From: Eledone cirrhosa
Lineage: Eukaryota
Direction of reading: 5' to 3'
Assembly: GCA_964016885.1 (NCBI GenBank)
Contig: OZ024758.1
Location: forward strand, 37,076,001-37,140,000
Length of the DNA stretch: 64,000 nucleotides
The notes under the pieces were generated by a model that was not told the origin of the DNA, made no database searches, and saw only the letters and a list, made by a program, of their open reading frames with translations. Positions within the stretch are counted from its first letter, which is position 1; each line of letters starts with the position of its first letter. This document shows positions 44,921 to 57,979 of this stretch, piece by piece. A program made the translations under genes and the position numbers.

Positions 44921-45444
44921 GAATGAATAATAAATGAATATTACATAATTTATCTGCTAAATTTCGTGGCTGTTGATTAAATATATTTTGTTTAAAGATT
45001 CATCTCTTTAAAATTTCTGAAATGTCAACACTTCCGGTTAGCCATCGCTTAAATAAACATTCATATATTACCGTCACTAATTTTCTCCTAATGCAGTTTA
45101 TATATAATATTGTCTTTTTTAATGTATCATGGATTACGTTACTGGTTAAATAAGAGAGTGTAACACAGTCTTTGTACATTTTCTATGTATTATATATTGT
45201 CAATTATGATTTTATTTGAAGTATCATGTCTACATGTATATATATACCTGCGTATAATATCAATATACACACTACACATGCTAGCAGAAAATAATAATAA
45301 TATTAATATATATTGAAGAACATTTATTATGGTGAAATATGTTGGAAATGATTCGCAGAGGTTTTGTATTGTAATTAACAAATACACCCTGTATTATTTG
45401 TCATTAAGGGCTCTTACAGAGACACAATCTCATTTCATTGTTGA

Positions 45445-45810
45445 AGGTGATGGATTTGCAGAATCAGTAGAGTGTCATACGATATGCTTTGTGTCATAAA
45501 GTTACAACCCTTTATGTTCTGGGTTTAAATCATGCCATGTTCTACTTTGACTTTCATCCATTCAAGGTTGATAAAAAACAATACCAGTAATGCACTGGGC
45601 CTGATTTAATTGGCATTCCCCTTTCTCTTCAAATTGCTGGCCTTGAGTCAAATGTAGAAACATTTATTTAAAGTCTATAAAACAATAGATAGAATGTTTT
45701 CTGCCATATTTATCCTGGTTCTCTGCTCTCTGGGTTTAAATCCTGCTGAGGTCAACTTTCTTTCGTCCATTCAAGGTTGATAAAAACAATACCAGTCTAC
45801 CACTGGGGTC
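45445..45810 (+). mobile_element. Two degenerate tRNA-derived SINE copies
   Basis: B-box-like gggtttaaatc plus ctttcatccattcaaggttgataa..taccag cores; paralogous pair at 50130-50495. Confidence 0.75.
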
Positions 45811-46656
45811 TGTTCTTCCTCTCTATATTTCTATCTCACTTCCTCCCTCTTATTCTCTCTTCTATGTCCACAGTGTCACCCTTATGACTACATTTAAAAA
45901 AAACAAAAACATTGATGTATTTATATGTGTTTATTTTGTAAACCTTAACTGGTTTATATTTGACAAAATATCCACATGTGTAAATAAAAACAATTGCATA
46001 ACTTTGATATTTGTTGGATGGTACTTTAATGACAGTTGAAATTTTGACTTTTTAAAAAAATAATTCACATTTGAAAATACTTTACAACTTTCTTCTCTTT
46101 TTCTTCAGCCATTTATTTCTGAGAGGGTTGTAGGGGGTAGAGTCCTCACACACCCCTTCTAGGTCCTATGTGTGTAAAATTTCCTCTTTACACTACACAT
46201 CACCCTGCACACACACACCACAATATACACATCATGCCTCACCACAACACCCCACATACCACACCACACCAAACCACACTACACCACATATCACATCACA
46301 CCACATACCACACCACAACACACCACATACCATACCGCAACACATACAAACCAGGTAGTTATACCAACCCAGGATCTTGATTTTAGTGATTTTTTGGTAA
46401 CAAATCTCAACATCTTCGTTCTTACTTACCAAGTGGAGTGGAACTCATCAGATTGGACCAAGGAAACAATGTTTCCATTGGTCTTTCCAATTGATGATAT
46501 TGAATCGGATTAGAAAGAGAGAAAAAAAAATAGAGAATATATTTATTTAAAAGCCATTGACCTGCATTTTCCGTCAAGAAGGCCATTGGAGCATCACTCA
46601 CAGAAGCTGATAGAGCAGCCAGCTTGACAGCCGATATAGGTAGCACCAACAATTAT

Positions 46657-47770
46657 CACTACCATTAATAAGAGGAAGGCAGCTACAGCAGCGGTGACAT
46701 TAACAACAACAACATATGTGTATACACCAACATCTTACCAACAAACACTACCATTAACAAGAGGAGGGCAGCTACAGCAGCGGTGACATTAACAACAACA
46801 ACATATGTGTATACACCAACATCTTACCAACAAACACTACCATTAACAAGAGGAAGGCAACAACAGCAGCAGTGACATGAACAACAACAACATATGTGTA
46901 TACACCAACATCTTACCAACAAACACTACCATTAACAAGAGGAAGGCAGCTACAGCAGCAGTGACATTAACAACAACAACATATGTGTATACACCAACAT
47001 CTTACCAACAAACACTACCATTAACAAGAGGAAGGCAGCTACAGCAGCGGTGACATTAACAACAACATATGTGTATACACCAACATCTTACCAACAAACA
47101 CTACCATTAACAAGAGGAAGGCAGCTACAGCAGCGGTGACATTAACAACAACATATATGTATACACCAACATCTTACCAACAAACACTACCATTAACAAG
47201 AGGAAGGCAGCTACAGCAGCGGTGACATTAACAACAACAACATATGTGTATACACCAACATCTTACCAACAAACACTACCATTAACAAGAGGAAGGCAGC
47301 TACAGCAGCGGTGACATTAACAACAACATATATGTATACACCAACATCTTACCAACAAACACTACCATTAACAAGAGGAAGGCAGCTACAGCAGCGGTGA
47401 CATTAACAACAACAACATATGTGTATACACCAACATCTTACCAACAAACACTACCATTAACAAGAGGAAGGCAGCTACAGCAGCGGTGACATTAACAACA
47501 ACATATGTGTATACACCAACATCTTACCAACAAACACTACCATTAACAAGAGGAAGGCAGCTACAGCAGCGGTGACATTAACAACAACAACAACATGTGT
47601 ATACAGCAACATCTTACCAACAAACACTACCATTAACAAGAGGAAGGCAGCTACAGCAGCGGTGACATTAAGAACAACAACAACATATGTGTATACACCA
47701 ACATCTTACCAACAAACACTACCATTAACAAGAGGAAGGCAGCTACAGCAGCGGTGTCATTAACAACAAC
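46657..47770. repeat. 86/89-bp minisatellite, ~12.5 copies
   Basis: Unit cactaccattaacaagaggaaggcagctacagcagcggtgacatt(aac)3-4atatgtgtatacaccaacatcttaccaacaaa. Confidence 0.96.
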
Positions 47771-49099
47771 ACATATGTTTTCAGGATTGAAAGACTCACC
47801 TTTAGCCACAAGGTTCTATGAGAAACTGCTAACATGCTCGCATGTGTGCGTGCTGAAATCTGGGTCTTTCCACTGGGAACAACCCCCTGTTATCTTTTTT
47901 GTACATTCATCCATTCATTTATTTATTTGCTAACATTCTATCTTGGGTCCCCCCCCCCTCCATGCAACCCTTTCTTTTCTCTCTTGTCTTCTGACGCCTC
48001 CATATCTGATGTAAGTGAGCTATGAGGCCCTCTTATCAGCATTTTCCCTTCCACCCACACAGTTCTGCCTAGCACCTAGGCTGGTGACGACCAGCCACTC
48101 ACCCCTGATGCTGCTTCATGCCCCAGTCCCCCCCCCCCAATCCTCCATCCCCTGCAGTCGACACCTGCAGCACCACGAATAGACGGGAGAAGGGCCGGAA
48201 CTTATGGGGTGCAGCTGCTTCCACCATCTCACCTGTGTTAGCTTGACGCGTCAAACCTCCAGTGCCCTCACAGCGTGGAGAAGCTGAAACTGTCTCTTCA
48301 CCTTGTCTGCTCAGCCACGGTCATGTAGCACACCACCAGATGAGACAACGAGCTTGCCTGACACCCAAGCCTCGCTGGTCAACATCGCTTGGCTCAGGTG
48401 GTGGCGAAAGATCTCACTCAGGATCCCAAGAGCAGCCCGGGTGCCGGTAGCCGATGCCCTCGCTTCCTCTTTTATGATGATTATTTCATATTAAGGTGGA
48501 CGTTAATGTTTATAAATAACATAAGGTGACTTATTTACCTTATAGTTGTTGTTTTATCACCTGTATCATTAAATATTGAAGTGGTTGTTCAACATTTTAC
48601 GGGACAGGAAAATATTATTTTAATCAGAAATCAGTGAACATTTAGTTTTTACTAACTTTTCTTGACTTTATATTTGGTCTTGAGAACTAAAGTACGTATT
48701 ATTTCCTTTTCTACCATAACACAAACATTGTGAACTTTTCTATCTGAAGTGAAATATCTTGATTTATTACAACACCTACACACATATTTCTAAACACACA
48801 CACACGTCTCTCTACCCCCCTCTCACTCTCTCTCTCTCTCTCTCTCTCTCTGATTGAATTATATAATATATGCTTGAATTTTCTTCGTCGAAAATCAGTC
48901 TTGGGCTGTCATATGTCTTATTACTTGTACAAACTGAATGCTACATTACAACTTTTTAGAAGAAGAAAGCGGAGATCTGCAGTCTTTTATGGACCCTTTG
49001 TATATTAGACTACATAACATATATTAACGATATCTATATTTCTTAATATATATGTAAAATTAGTGAGAATCCTTTATGTAAAGATCACTAGCTAGAAAT

Positions 49100-49630
49100 A
49101 TGTCTGAATATAGCTGTGAGATTTACAGGAAAACTTTCCCTTCAAAACTGAATCTAACCTCACACAAAAGAATGCACACTGGAGAAAAACCCTTCCAGTG
49201 TGAAATATGTGGGAAATCTTCCACTGATAATTCTAAACTTGTCATCCACATGCGAAGTCATACTGGAGAAAAACCTTACCATTGTGAAATATGTGGGAAA
49301 TCTTTTTCTCGTGGTTTTAACCTTGTAGAACAGAAAAGAATACACACTGGAGAAAAACCCTTCCACTGTAAAATATGTGAGGAATATTTTACTTATAATT
49401 CTAATCTTGTCATCCACATGTGGAGTCATACTGGAGAAAAACCCTACCATTGTGGAATATGGGGGAAATCTTTTGCATTGAGTGGTGACTTGAAAAGACA
49501 TATGACAATACACACTGGAGAGAAACCCTTCCACTGTGAAACATGTGGCAAATATTTTGCCTTGAGCTGTGTCTTGAAAAGATATAGAAGAACACATAAC
49601 GGAGACAAACCTTATTCATGTGAAATATGA
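49100..49630 (+). pseudogene. Tandem C2H2 zinc-finger gene, apparently decaying
   Basis: Six HTGEKP-linked fingers; four lack a Zn ligand (C>Y, H>Q, C>W, H>Y); stop codon at the second Cys of finger 7. Confidence 0.8.
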
Positions 49631-49707
49631 AATCCTTCTCTTATACATTTCAACATATATATGTGTATACCTCACTCAAGCGGAAGAAATATACTCCCAT
49701 ATATCGA

Positions 49708-51119
49708 AGATTACCACAATAACTAGGGAGCAGAGGACAATATATGCTGGGCATTGCTATTGAGGGTAAGATGACCTGATGAGCTGGCTCCTGTGGTGGA
49801 TACCTAAACATAGTAAGACCCGAGTGGGATGACTGAGATTGACCTACATAGATCAGATGTCTCTGGATGTCCAGCTGGAGATTAATGATCTCAGGAATGC
49901 CATGAAAGATTGTGACATCTAAAAAAGGAGAGTAGAATTGTTCTGGCCAATCCACCGACTTAATAAATGATAATGATAATAATATATATTAATGAACATT
50001 TATTATGGTGAAATATGTTGGAAATCATTCTCAGAGGTTTTGTACTGTAATCCACAAATACTCTCTGGAGGAAGTTCTACTTCATATTATTTGTCATTAA
50101 GGTTTCTTATAGAGACACCTCATTGTTGAGGGTGGTGTATTGGCAGAATCAGTAGAGTGTCAGACGATATGCTTTGTGTCATATAGTTACATCCCTTTAC
50201 ATTCTGTATTAAAATCTTGCTGAGGTTAGCTTTACTTTTCTTGCTCAGAGGTTCAGTAAAATAAAGTACCAGTAATCTACTGGGGTTGATTTAATCAACT
50301 TTCTCCTTCCCATCCAATTGTGGCCTTGAGTTAAAAGTAGAAACAGTTATTTAAAGTCTATAAAACAATAGATAGAATGCTTTCTGCCATATTTGTTCTG
50401 GTTCTCAGCTCTGAGTTTAAATCCTGCTGAGGTCAACTTTGCCTTTCATCCATTCAAGGTTGATAAGAAAAAAGTACCAGTCTACCACTGGGGTCTGTTC
50501 TTCCTCCCTATATTTCTTTCTCACTTCCTCTCTCTTATTCTCTCTCCTTCTCAAGAAGTAATCAACTGTTCCACCCTGGTGAGTGAAGGGCTCCACCAAG
50601 CTTCAAATGTCCACAGTGACACCCCTATGACTCCATCAGTGCAAGAAAAACAAAACAAAAGATGAATGTATTTATTTTATAAACCTCAACTGGTTTATAT
50701 TCATATTTGTGACAAAATATCCACATTTATGTTTAAATAAAAACAATTTTACAACTTTAATATTTGTTGGATGGTACGGTCATGACAGTTCAAATTAGGA
50801 CTTTTTAAAAAATTAACATTTGAAAATACTTTACAACTTTCTTCTCTTTATCTTTACCCATTCCTGAGAGGCTTGTAGAGGGTAGAGTCCACACACAGGT
50901 CCTATGTTTGTAAAATGTCCTCTATATACTACACACACACAAAACCACATCACTCTGCACACACACACCACATCCCACACAACAGACATACACCATACCA
51001 CACCACACCACATACAAACCAGGTAGTTATACCAACCCTGTATCTTGGTTTTAGTGATTTTTTTGTAACAAACTCAACTTCCCAGACCTTAGCAACCGGA
51101 GTGGACTCATCAGATTGGA
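49708..51119 (+). repeat. Diverged segmental duplicate, copy 2
   Basis: See 44475-46458. Confidence 0.88.
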
Positions 51120-51199
51120 TATTAAATGATGAGCTGTGACATCATTGGTGTCAACCTGTTTCAGCCATTCCTTTGGACAACATTATAGTGTATGTATGT

Positions 51200-51351
51200 A
51201 GTATATATATATATATAGAGAGAGAGAGAGGTTATATATATATATATAGAGAGAGAGATCTTATATATATATATAGAGAGAGAGAGATCTTATATATATA
51301 TATAGAGAGAGAGAGATAATATATATAGATAGATTATATATATATATATAG

Positions 51352-51417
<66 letters not shown>

Positions 51418-51755
51418 CTCACTCTCTCTCTATATATATATAGATTATATATATATATAGAGAGAGAGAGAGATTATATATATAGAGAGAGAAAGAGATG
51501 ATCTATATATATATATAGAGAGAGAGAGAGAGTGAGATTATATATATATATAGAGAGAGAAAGAGATGATCTATATATATATAGAGAGAGAGAGAGAGTG
51601 AGATTATATATATATATATATAGAGAGAGAGATCATCTATATATATATAGAGAGAGAGAGAGATTATATATATATATAGAGAGAGAGAGATCATCTATAT
51701 ATATATATATATAGAGAGAGAGATTATATATATATATATAGAGAGAGAGATCATC

Positions 51756-51789
<34 letters not shown>

Positions 51790-51836
51790 TTATATATATA
51801 TATATATAGAGAGAGAGATCATCTATATATATATAT
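51200..51836. repeat. Compound (TA)n(GA)n microsatellite
   Basis: Direct inspection. Confidence 0.95.
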
Positions 51837-51839
51837 TTG

Positions 51840-52872
51840 TGTTCAAGAGACTAGATGGAGGGGCTGGTCTGCTAGATTCATTGTGGGTAAAAAACGATGT
51901 TATAAACCTTTCTGGGTGGGAAATGACAATGGGCTGGGTGGAGTAGTATGGTGGGATGGGGGAAGTAGAGAACACTATCAAGTGGCTAGGAGAGAATCTA
52001 GGAGACAAGTGTACCTTGCAAGAAGGGAAGCAGGGGATAGAAAGTTCAAGCATTTTCTACAACACGAGGACCAAAAACCTGAGGTGTTCAGGATTGCTAA
52101 ACAATGTGTCAAGGAAAATCGTGATACTGTCAGGGAGAAGTGTGTCCTTAATGATAATGGTGTACTTGCCCTCACTTTTACTGATAAGAAGATAGCTCAG
52201 AAGTGTCACTACGGGAGGCTACTAAATGAGGAGAATAAATGGGGAAAAGATAGTCTTCCCCAAATTGATCCAATAGAGGGACCAGCAGTGCAAGTTGAAG
52301 GTAGTATAATAAGTAAGGCAATCAAAGATATGAAGGCAGGCAAGGCAGCTGGGCCTTCGGAGATAGTTGCTGAGATGTTGAAAGCATCTGGAATGGTGGG
52401 ACATACTATGGTCACCCAGACAGTAAACCAAGTAATACAGAATGGGGTCATACCAAATGACTGGCATAGCAGCATCATCGTTAACTGCTACAAGGTTAAA
52501 AGAGATGCCCTAGATAGGGGAAACTATAGAGGCATTAAGGTAGTTGACCAGGTCATGAAGGTCACAGAAAGAGTTATTGCACAACTAATCAGAGACAGAA
52601 TTGATCTAGATGAAATGCAGTTTTGGTTTGTGTCAGGTAAAAGTACCACAGACACTCTTTTCCTTGTACGACAACTACAGGAGAAGTACCTAGCTAAAAG
52701 TAAACCCCTATACTTAGCTTTCGTTGACTTGAAGAAAGCCTTAGACAGAGTCCTCAGCTACATTTTCTGGTGGACCCTTAGAAAACTAGGAGTAGATGAA
52801 TGGCATGTGAGAGCCATGTATAAAGAAACGGTGAGCAAGGTGAGAATTAACAATAAATATAGTGAAGAAATG
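51840..52872 (+). mobile_element. RTE LINE fragment (N-terminal half of reverse transcriptase)
   Basis: MKAGKAAGPS.I.AEMLK; IPNDW; NYRGIK; QF.FV.GKSTTD..F..RQLQEKY; AFVDLKKA.DRV; truncated before YADD. Confidence 0.9.
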
Positions 52873-53270
52873 ATAGGAAGGAAGAAATAGAATGGGTACC
52901 AACAAAGATATTTATTTCTCTGTTGTTACGAGCCTCTCATTCTTCGCAGTCATCTCAGATAAATCATTGAAACTGCAGGTGGTCTGAGATATGATGAATG
53001 TATTTTAATATTTGTGACCTCCTCTCACCCATTCTATTTCTTCCTTCCGATCATTTCTTTGAGTCAACTCACATCAAGTTGCTGACTTCTGTCCTTCGAG
53101 GTAATGTTTTACCCAACACAGCTTTGACGGTATTTTGCTGTTTAAACACCGAGTTTTTCCATTTTATATATATATATATGTATGTAAAGGGTAAACAGAA
53201 ATAACAATACAATCAGTACAGTATATGGAAGGAATATATTAGGTTAATGCTTGAAATAGCAGGAAGAGGG

Positions 53271-53306
53271 TCTTAACGTTTCGGACGCTAGTCTTTCATC
53301 AGAAGA
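53271..53306 (-). ncRNA. Minimal hammerhead ribozyme motif (family F)
   Basis: Minus strand tctt-CTGATGA-[aagac tagc gtcc]-GAAA-cg-TT-aaga; weak stem II base. Confidence 0.65.
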
Positions 53307-53622
53307 TTGAAGGGACGGGCAGGATGGAATTGGAAAAAATATCTTTAGATATCAGGTCCATTCATGTTGACATCTCTTGTGTATGATATATTTTTGTTTA
53401 AGACTCACATTAATCCCCTATAATTTAATGAGCTCAAGGATTAGATTCCGGGTTTTTTATAAATCACCATATAGAGAGAAGTACACATAGAGATATGTGT
53501 TCAATTATAGAAGATTAAAAACCACCAGAGTGACGAACATATTAACTATGGAAGTAATACTGGATACAAATCAATTAAAATAATATATTAAAGTGTACTA
53601 ACCATCTATTTATAACTATAAC

Positions 53623-53701
53623 ATCCAGACATGCTCAAATGAGAGTATGTTTCGCTATAAAAGTGAAGAATATATATTGTAGAGGTAGCTCATCGGCGGA
53701 T
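53623..53701 (-). ncRNA. Type I hammerhead motif with complete stem III and U4C core variant (family G)
   Basis: Minus strand atccg-CCGATGA-[gcta...tagc]-GAAA-catactc tcattt gagcatg-TC-tggat; GUC triplet. Confidence 0.65.
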
Positions 53702-54426
53702 ACCTATCAATATGATCAACACTTCTAAAAATATATTAGATAACTAAGAAAACACACACGGTGTAGAGAAAAGATGTTTTATAGCCCATGGTGGTGAATA
53801 GACCAAAAGACCGCTAAAAATATATATGATATGATATACGTCTAGAAATATATTTTTATCACATGCATGTTAACATACATATGAAAATTTAGAGCTTATT
53901 TAGCTGCTATTTCTAACATTTTCCACGTTACATATTTTTATTATTTGGCTGCCATTTCTAGCATTTGTATTTACCACACAGACTGAAACGTTTAACAAAG
54001 GGGAATAAATCTTTAAAGCCTTCGATTTGCTATTATCTCCCTTTCACTGTAAAATTTATGATAGTAATCTAGACTAGAGGGCCCCTCACTAAATGTTCTT
54101 ATAACTTTCTTAATAAAACATATTTTGTAATAACATTTTGCAGAGATACGAATTACAGTTTATAGATTAACTTACTGTAACTGAAATTACAATATATCTT
54201 TACGTACAAATGTACTAAAGCTAGAAATTGCCAGGTAGGGTGTACAGTTTTTATCACATTTCCTATTTAGTAAAATAAACTATTTTATCACAACAATATA
54301 AAGAAACAGGATATAGATTTATTTGGTACTTCTAGCGTTGTTTACATACATATTGCTATATATGTATGTGTGTGTATATATATATATATATATTGTTTAT
54401 ATACATAACACATACATACACACATA

Positions 54427-54482
<56 letters not shown>

Positions 54483-54497
54483 GTGTGTGTGTCTGTG

Positions 54498-54653
54498 TGA
54501 TAGGAAGGGCATCCAGCTATAGAAATGAAGCTAGAATCAGTTCCCATATGAGCAAGACAAAGTCAGACGACCTAAAATTGCCCACAACAGGACAATCTGT
54601 CTAACCCATGCTAGCGTGGAAGAATCGACGTAAAATGGTGATGATGATGATGA
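54498..54653 (+). mobile_element. Short RTE 3'-end insertion with (GAT)n tail
   Basis: ggaagggcatccagct..agaaa ... gtctaacccatgctagcgtggaa...gacgtaaaa..(gat)n, homologous to 55775-55933. Confidence 0.8.
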
Positions 54654-54744
54654 CATATATATATATATATACACCTATATATATCTATCTGTATATATAA
54701 ATATATATATATAAATATTAGACATAAATTTTTGTGTACCTCTC

Positions 54745-54808
<64 letters not shown>

Positions 54809-54884
54809 GAGAGGTACATAAAAATTTATGTCTAATATTTCTTCTTATTTTATAATATGTTTTATATATATATACATACATATA

Positions 54885-54936
<52 letters not shown>

Positions 54937-54960
54937 CATATATGTATATATATACATACA

Positions 54961-55933
54961 TTTAGGCTTCACATGCAGCAGCTGTGCTGAGGCAGCAAAC
55001 TGCCAAAGGAAAGAAGTACCACCAATCTCTGGGAGGGCCCTGTAGAAACAGTAGACAGCTTCTGTTACCTAGGTGACCGAATTAGCAGCGGAGGTGGGTG
55101 TTCGGAAAGTACAATAACTAGGGTAAGAACGGGATGGAAGAAGTTCAGGGAGCTACTGCCACTGCTAGCTGCAAAATGCTAGCCTCAAAATGAAAGGCAG
55201 ACTGTATGATGCGTGTATCCGAACAGCAATGTTGCATGGTAGTGAGACCTGGGCGCTGAAGGTGGAAGACTTACGTAGATTAGAGAGAAACAAAGCCTGC
55301 ATGCTCTGATGGATGTGTAATAGTAATATACGTGAACGACAAAGCATAAATGAACTGAGAGAGAGACTGAGCAAAAGAGGAATCAAATGCTGTGTGCAAG
55401 AGAGGCGGTTGCGCTGGTATGGACATGTGATGCGTATGAAGGATGACAGCTGCATAAAAAGGTGCAGAGCACTAGAAGTCGATGGAAACCGCGGAGTGGG
55501 GAGACCCAAGAAGACCTGGGATGAGGTGATAAAAGCCGACCTTACCCAATTACACCGCTCAAAGGTGATGACTTCTGGCGTCACGCAGTAATACAGAGTA
55601 CCCGACCTCCCATGGGTACAAGCTGATGCATATAGACAATATGCCCCCACACCCTCCCACTGTAAGGTGGTCGTGGAGGTGCCACAGCAAAAAAGCACCC
55701 AGCCCACACTGTAAAGTGGACGTGTAGGCGCCACGAAAAAGCACCCAGCACTCACTGTAAATGAGGTTGGTGTTAGGAAGGGCATCCAGCTGTAGAAATC
55801 AAGCCAAAATCAGTTCCTGTATGAGCAAGGCAGATCCTGTATCAGCCGACCAGACACTGCACACAATAGGACAACCCGTCTAACCCATTCTAGCGTAGAA
55901 GAACGGACGTAAAACGGTGATGATGATGATGAT
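54961..55933 (+). mobile_element. RTE LINE 3' fragment (degenerate ORF end, 3' UTR, (GAT)n tail)
   Basis: F.YLGD; GSETW; ERRLRWYGHVMRM; RG.GRPKKTW.EVI..DL; in-frame stop and frameshifts. Confidence 0.9.
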
Positions 55934-56041
55934 ACATATATGTGTGTGCATATATATATATATATACATATACATACATATATATAAGGGTGAGAAATGA
56001 AATTTCATTTTTTCCATTTATATATATATATATATTCTATT

Positions 56042-56227
56042 CTAGGGCGGGTAAAATTTCCGAGATCCATGGACGAGTTCTCTCCAGCGGTCTCTGTCCC
56101 TCATTATCACTGCCATGTCCCGCGTCTCCAACAGACCAGTGTCTGTCCTTAGGGCATCAACATATGTTAACCTTGGTCTTCCTCTTCCAGTGTGGCCATG
56201 TAGGGGCTCCCACAGGAGCACTGAGTG
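56042..56227 (-). mobile_element. RTE C-terminal fragment, unamplified relative of 22882-24085
   Basis: HSVLLWEPLHGHTGRGRPRLTYVDALRTDTGLLET...FYPP. Confidence 0.88.
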
Positions 56228-56384
56228 TATTATCAATTATAAAAGAGGTTATATTTAATTTGTTGGGATTCAATAAGCTTAAACATTTTTATAACTGATA
56301 TAAAGCACTCAACAGTTTGCCTTGGTTGCCCTTGAAATATGTATAATAAAATAAATATGGTTTTATAAATATAGTTTCCATTTA

Positions 56385-56429
<45 letters not shown>

Positions 56430-56537
56430 AGGAAAAGAGTCAGGACCCCAACTGCTGATCTCTGGCCGGAGCTCAGCTGTTGGGTTCCTGGCTCTTTTCC
56501 TATTACCCACTCTTCTACCCTAAGTATTGAGTACTCT

Positions 56538-56593
<56 letters not shown>

Positions 56594-57142
56594 TATATAT
56601 ATATATATACATATATGTATATATATATATATCCAAAATTAAAATTAAGGGTTGTCATGTCTGAGAGACATGCACCATGCGTAGAATAAGCTGAAAGATT
56701 AGATCCGAGCATTACATATCAACTAGAAATAGATTGACATATATATATATATATATATAATAAATACATGAAACAATCACAGGGAATAATTTGTAAAGAA
56801 TGTAGGCACACATAGCTAGGTAGGTAACTAATTAAAGCTTGACTAGAACTTCAAATATAGATACCTTTTAAAATGATTAATCTCCTTTGTATATATTTCT
56901 TTAAGTAAGAAATATATTTCACCTATTAATCCGTAAATCACAGCAGTTAAATTCTTGGATGTTCACCAAATGAGAAGAAAAATAACCATCTGCGTTTACA
57001 CAGCAAATGCAAATCTGCGAATGATTTGAACCACGTGTTGCATTTTTTTAAAAATACACTCGTTGAACAACGTCATCCCAGTGGCCTGAATAGGACCATC
57101 GACAGCCAGAAATATAAATATAAATATATATATATGTATGTA

Positions 57143-57447
57143 TAATATAAGATCAAAAGATGGTTAAAGGAATTCCATGTATTTTATTATGCGCATTTCA
57201 AAAACAAACATCATCATGCAATAATATTTGTGTTTTCATCAGATAAAACAGGAGAACATGATATGAAGGCTAAAAAAACACTTGTGGATAGTGCAGTTTT
57301 AAATTCGCATAATAAAATACATGGAACTCCTTTAACCATCTTTTGATCTTATATTATGTATACTCCAGTCCTACAAACTGTAGAGTGCTTCTTATCCGAT
57401 ATCTGCATTGCTTTATTGTACTACAATAAAACTCACCTCCTACATTA
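57143..57447. mobile_element. Family B terminal repeat with inverted segment; hammerhead on minus strand at 57182-57248
   Basis: 57143-57303 antisense then 57306-57447 sense copy of the family B sequence. Confidence 0.8.
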
Positions 57448-57467
57448 TATGTATATATATATATATA

Positions 57468-57775
57468 TTCTCTTTTACTCTTTTAACGTGTTCCAGCGAT
57501 CCAGTTGAGGCCATGCTGGGGCATGCCCTTGTTACACATTCTTTCTCCAACCTGTGTTGGTTGGCCATTCGGCAAAGAGGGGGTTCGTTGTTGCTGCCCT
57601 TAGGTTACCTTCGAACCATGCTGTGGGCTCATCCAGGATCCTGGTAACAGGGTGTCGAGATGTTCCTTGAAAACATCCACGTCCACACCATGCAGATCTC
57701 TCAAATTCCTTGGCAGCTTGTTGAAGAGGTGAGGGCCCTTGAACCCCAGGTTATTGTAATACCTGCTCCTTATTC
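57468..57775 (-). mobile_element. CR1-type LINE 3' end (diverged relative of 43750-44060)
   Basis: RIRSRYYNNLGFKGPHLFNKLP..LRDLH; aaaagagtaaaagag tail; duplicate at 62805-63112. Confidence 0.88.
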
Positions 57776-57979
57776 TGTATATATTTATAAGTATATATCT
57801 ATATATGTGTGTGTGTGGTAGGAAGTATGGTAAGGAACGAAGTGGACCATAACGCACCAGATCACGCGATACTTTGGTTAGTAGATATATATATATATGT
57901 GAGTGTGTGTTAAGCTATTCTATTAAATCAACCCCAGGATATCACTGGTACTATATTTTATCAACCCCTGAATTATGAA

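Larger units (their letters stand above)
44475..46458 (+). repeat. Diverged segmental duplicate, copy 1 (partner 49708-51119)
   Basis: 44475-44717 matches 49708-49967 and 45296-46458 matches 49975-51119, including the same two degenerate SINEs and CAC-rich tract. Confidence 0.88.

Noticed and set aside
46400-46458. Minus-strand CTGATGA-gttc...gaac-GAAG, with paralog near 51080-51119
   Set aside because: GAAG instead of GAAA, no convincing stem I/III, and the pairing is not kept in the paralog
47780-48490. GC-richer segment upstream of the ZNF ORF as promoter or exon
   Set aside because: No recognisable motif, splice pattern or protein similarity; left unassigned
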